A DNA stretch of 64,000 nucleotides from assembly GCA_965116925.1 (NCBI GenBank), contig OZ220744.1:480001-544000 (forward strand), given 5' to 3'. The translations under genes were made by a program, and so were the position numbers. Below, piece after piece: positions 60,333 through 64,000 of this stretch (the first letter of the stretch is position 1; every line of letters starts with the position of its first letter). The notes beneath the pieces were generated by a model, which was not told where the DNA came from, did not search any database, and saw only the letters and a list, made by a program, of their open reading frames with translations. The DNA is from Candidatus Poribacteria bacterium. GTDB lineage: Bacteria > Poribacteria > WGA-4E > PCPOR2b.

Positions 60333-61004
60333 TAAAGCCCCAGAGGGGCGACATGTTTATAGCCGGGCGACAGGCCCCTTCTTCCAAGCCCCAGCGGGGC
60401 GACATATCTATACGACTCGGCTTTTCGCTCCAGCGGAGCGATATGTCTATAGAAAGGTGATATGCCCAAGTCCTGCGCTCCAGAGGAGCGCAATGTGCAT
60501 AGAGCTCATCAGGCTAATTAATCAATGAACTATAGTGAATCCTAAAAATAAATAGACACTTGCGCCCCCGTGTTTGGTAGGCGCTGTTTGCAACTGCGCC
60601 GATTTGGAGTGTCTCATTAATTCTAAAATCCACTATAATAAGCCAATGCGCTAACAAAAAGCCCCAGAGGTGCGATATGTGTATAAAAAATAAGTATCCA
60701 AGTGACCTAAAGCCGCAGCGGGGCGACATGTTTATAGCCGGGCGACAGGCCCCTTCTTCCAAGCCCCAGCGGGGCGACATGTCTATACGACTCGGCTTTT
60801 CGCTCCAGCGGAGCGATATGTCTATAGAAAGGTGATATGCCCAAGTCCTGCGCTCCAGAGGAGCGCAATGTGCATAGAGCTCATCAGGCTAATTAATCGC
60901 TGAACTAATGAGCCAATGCCCTAACAAAAAGCACCAGAGGTGCGATATGTGTATAGAAAATAAGTATCCAATTACCCCTAAAGCCCCAGCGGGGCGACAT
61001 GTGT
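60333..61004. repeat. array of CCAG-loop hairpin repeats (GCTCCAGCGGAGCG / GCCCCAGCGGGGCG + ACATGTNTATAG) in a duplicated block
   Basis: 60345-60523 is repeated at 60720-60898; the same units occur at 53563-53640 and 57851-57925. Confidence 0.85.
60533..60635. mobile_element. MITE family A (27-bp imperfect TIRs, TA target duplication)
   Basis: TIRs TAGTGAATCCTAAAAATAAATAGACAC / reverse complement TAGTGGATTTTAGAATTAATGAGACAC. Other copies at 13024-13126, 24989-25095, 51004-51150, 52068-52159, 57932-58101 (inverted), 60086-60270; left end only at 49500-49532. Confidence 0.9.
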
Positions 61005-61057
61005 AACAGCGTTTGATAGTTGCCAACTCGAGTTGAATCTCTCACGAGGAAATAGAT

Positions 61058-64000
61058 ATGTCAGAAACATCACAACTTTATCTCGGCTTGGAAGCGGAAA
61101 GCGGAGAAACCCAAACCGGATTCCAAGGGGTCCTGAACCAACTTCGTGAATCTGCCACCTCCACATACCTCATAGGCAATGAGTTTGAACGACTCATGAA
61201 GCAATATCTCTCTATAGACCCCCTCTACAAAGAGCGGTTTACCGATGTCTATCTGTGGAAAGAGTGGGCGGCACTCCATACCGAATACGATGCCACCGAT
61301 ATCGGAATTGACCTCGTCGCACGAGAGAGGGATGGCGAATACTGCGCGATTCAGTGCAAATGCTTTGCGGAAGACACGCGGGTTTCAAAGCGGCAAATCG
61401 ACTCATTCATATCCGCCTCAGCAAGCGAGTTGTTCACGAAACGGATCCTCGTACATACAGGTGCCGAGTTAGGTCCGAATGTACGCAGGACCATCGATCC
61501 GTTGGGTGCCAATTTCCAAGTGATCGGCTATGGCCATCTTGCCAGTCGACCGATTGATTGGCCCGACCTACGCCAAGAAGCACCGGAACAACTGGACTAT
61601 CAACCAGAGCGGTTCAGTCTAAGACTCCATCAACAAGAAGCATTTGATGACGTTATCAACGGTTTCAAAGAATCCGATCGGGGCAAACTGATTATGGCGT
61701 GCGGCACCGGCAAAACCTTCACCGCCCTTAAAATCGCTGAAGAAATCGCAGGTATCGGTGGACGGGTGCTTTATCTTGTGCCATCTATCGGGCTATTTTC
61801 GCAGGCAATGCGAGAATGGGCGGAGCAGCAGGGTGTCCCGCATCGCTATATCGGTATCTGCTCTGATACACGCGCAGGGCAGAAGACTGAAGATGCTGCA
61901 ATTTATGAACTTGAGATTCCGCCTACCACAGATCCAGTAGCCATTAGCGCAGCCCTCCAGAGGACGGAATCGGACGCGATGACGGTGGTGTTCTGCACCT
62001 ATCATTCTCTGCCGTTGGTTGAGAGCGCACAAGGTCAGGGGATGCCTGAGTTTGATCTGATTCTCTGTGACGAAGCCCATCGAACTACCGGCATAGATCG
62101 CCCCGACGACAAGACTTCGCCATTTGTTCTGGTTCACGATGCGGAGCGGATACTTGCAAACAAGCGGCTCTATATGACGGCGACCCCGCGGCTTTACACC
62201 GAAAGCACGAAAGCGAAAGCGGCGCATCATGACAGAGAAGTGTTCTCGATGGACGACCCTGCCACCTATGGACCCGAATTTCACCGACTTCCGTTTTCTA
62301 TAGCTGTGGCGCGAGGTCTACTCTCCGATTACAAGGTTGTGGTGTTTGGCATATCCGAGGAGGGGGCGGATTCGGTGCTGCAAACATATATCAGTGGCGG
62401 GGGGAGTGAACTCAATATCACCGACGCGACCAAGTTCGTCGGCTGCTGGAAAGCATTAAAGAACCCGGAAGGAAAACCCGAAGGTGATGAAGCGATTAAA
62501 CCCCTGACACGCGTAATTGCATTTAACAATACCATCCGCAATTCAGAACGTCTAGCCGATCATTGGAATGACGTGATTGAGAGTGCCCTCCAACAGATGC
62601 CGCCGGACCAACACCCCGATGATTTCCAATGCGAAACCCAGCATGTTGATGGGAAGCATAACGCATTTGACCGGAAAACCAAGCTTGATTGGCTAGAAGG
62701 TGGTGGGACTGGCGGTGAATGTCGTATTCTCTCTAACGCCCGTTGCCTGTCCGAGGGGATTGATGTGCCTGCGCTCGACGCGGTTATGTTTATGACACCG
62801 AGAAACTCCCATGTGGACATTGTGCAAGCGGTGGGGCGTGTCATGCGGAAAGCACCCCATAAGACCAATGGGTATATCATTCTGCCTGTTGCTATCCCAC
62901 CCGGCACCAATCCCGCCGATGCGCTTGACAATAATGAACGGTTCGCTGCGGTGTGGAGTGTCTTAAACGCCCTTCGCTCTCATGACGATAGGTTCAACGC
63001 GGAAATCAACAGGATTGATCTTAACGAGACACCTACGGATCGGATTATCTTTATCGACGGAGATGGAGATGGAGATGGAAACGGGACCGAACCCACACAA
63101 GAGCTGATTCCATTCAGTCTAATAAAGATTCCGCCTCAAGAGATTTATGCAAAAATTGTGGAGCGGTGTGGGGATCGGCGGTACTGGGAGAGTTGGGCGA
63201 AAGATGTCGCAGAGATTTTCAACCGAGTCGTCCTCCGTGTCAAGAACCTATTGGACAATCCCGATAATGATACCCTGCGAGAATGGTTCGATGCCTTCCA
63301 TGTAGAACTGAAAAAGTCAATAAACACATCTATCACACGGGACAATGCTGTTGATATGATGGCTCAACATATCTTGACCCGTCCTGTCTTTGAGGCGTTG
63401 TTTGAGGGCTATGACTTCGCAGCTGGCAACCCGGTATCCGTTGCGCTTGATAGCCTGTGGAATGATTTTGGGGAGTTCGGGCTTGAGGAGGAGACGCGGG
63501 ATTTGGAAGGATTCTACGAAAGCGTTCGGGAGCGTGCTAGCGGTATTGACAACAGTGAGGGGAAGCAAACTGTCCTCGCAGAGCTTTACCAGAAATTCTT
63601 TAAGACCGCCACAAGGAGAGATGCAGAGCGGCTCGGCATCGTTTACACTCCTGTTGAGGTTGTGGATTTTATCCTACACAGTGCCGATGATGTATTGCAG
63701 CAGGAGTTCGGTCGAAGCCTCAGTGACGAAGGAGTGCATATCATTGATCCTTTTGTCGGTGCCGGCACCTTTCTCGCCCGCCTGCTCCAATTAGATCTGA
63801 TCCAGCCATCGGATCTTGAGCGGAAATACCGCGAAGAACTCCATGCTAATGAAATTGTTCTGCTTGCCTATTACATCGCAGCAGTCAACATAGAAGAAAC
63901 TTTTCGTGGGCGTCGGGGGGCAGATAGCGGATATGAGCCGTTCAAGGGTATTGTATTGACTGATACGTTCAATCTGAACAAAAAGGGGGAAGAACCTACA
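61058..64000 (+). CDS. Type ISP restriction-modification enzyme (Mrr-like nuclease, SF2 helicase, N6-adenine MTase), truncated by window end
   Basis: Manual translation from ATG 61058 (GAGG RBS): DIGIDLVA...AIQCK, MACGTGKT, CDEAHRT, LSEGIDVPALD, VQAVGRVMRK, GIVYTPVEVVDFI, IIDPFVGAGTF. The frame at 64000 matches the start. Not in the ORF track. Confidence 0.92.
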   Translation, partial: MSETSQLYLGLEAESGETQTGFQGVLNQLRESATSTYLIGNEFERLMKQYLSIDPLYKERFTDVYLWKEWAALHTEYDATDIGIDLVARERDGEYCAIQCKCFAEDTRVSKRQIDSFISASASELFTKRILVHTGAELGPNVRRTIDPLGANFQVIGYGHLASRPIDWPDLRQEAPEQLDYQPERFSLRLHQQEAFDDVINGFKESDRGKLIMACGTGKTFTALKIAEEIAGIGGRVLYLVPSIGLFSQAMREWAEQQGVPHRYIGICSDTRAGQKTEDAAIYELEIPPTTDPVAISAALQRTESDAMTVVFCTYHSLPLVESAQGQGMPEFDLILCDEAHRTTGIDRPDDKTSPFVLVHDAERILANKRLYMTATPRLYTESTKAKAAHHDREVFSMDDPATYGPEFHRLPFSIAVARGLLSDYKVVVFGISEEGADSVLQTYISGGGSELNITDATKFVGCWKALKNPEGKPEGDEAIKPLTRVIAFNNTIRNSERLADHWNDVIESALQQMPPDQHPDDFQCETQHVDGKHNAFDRKTKLDWLEGGGTGGECRILSNARCLSEGIDVPALDAVMFMTPRNSHVDIVQAVGRVMRKAPHKTNGYIILPVAIPPGTNPADALDNNERFAAVWSVLNALRSHDDRFNAEINRIDLNETPTDRIIFIDGDGDGDGNGTEPTQELIPFSLIKIPPQEIYAKIVERCGDRRYWESWAKDVAEIFNRVVLRVKNLLDNPDNDTLREWFDAFHVELKKSINTSITRDNAVDMMAQHILTRPVFEALFEGYDFAAGNPVSVALDSLWNDFGEFGLEEETRDLEGFYESVRERASGIDNSEGKQTVLAELYQKFFKTATRRDAERLGIVYTPVEVVDFILHSADDVLQQEFGRSLSDEGVHIIDPFVGAGTFLARLLQLDLIQPSDLERKYREELHANEIVLLAYYIAAVNIEETFRGRRGADSGYEPFKGIVLTDTFNLNKKGEEPT

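Noticed and set aside
60333..61004. Possible CRISPR array of CCAG hairpins
   Set aside because: Repeats are degenerate and of two types, the spacers are themselves duplicated, and the same units are dispersed elsewhere; REP-like.
61793..63794. Minus-strand and off-frame ORFs in the last 3 kb
   Set aside because: They are shadows of the Type ISP gene on the plus strand.

Overview
Bacterial chromosomal window. The C-terminal FlgD/Ig-like 'NYPNPFNPETWIPY' remnant, the PhyH/DUF3604/enolase-superfamily genes and the dense intergenic repeats suggest Candidatus Poribacteria or a relative (inference only). Left to right: a tRNA-Pro(GGG)-hom-thrC-lysC-yceD-rpmF-fabH run; sugar-acid catabolic genes; DUF3604, PhyH and a soxBDAG sarcosine oxidase operon with an acyl-CoA synthetase; a xanthine-dehydrogenase-family three-subunit operon; two orphan genes plus a divergent SLT-like protein; ABC permeases; rqcH; a TPP enzyme; a TonB-dependent receptor; a metallophosphoesterase; an M28 peptidase; a haloacetate dehalogenase; PAP2, FAH and DUF433 genes; and a Type ISP restriction-modification gene running off the right edge. 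Main observations missed by the ORF track: (1) a lipoprotein whose heavy-metal-associated domain reads through an in-frame UGA (GMT-U-GGC) followed by a SECIS-like hairpin, i.e. a probable selenoprotein (39385-39768); (2) a ~133-nt structured ncRNA candidate with its own promoter (34301-34433); (3) a minimal IS200/IS605-type element with both ends (about 40780-40963); (4) several MITE families carrying interchangeable REP hairpins, with a filled and an empty TA site side by side and MITE ends supplying stop codons to three genes. No CRISPR array or rRNA was seen.
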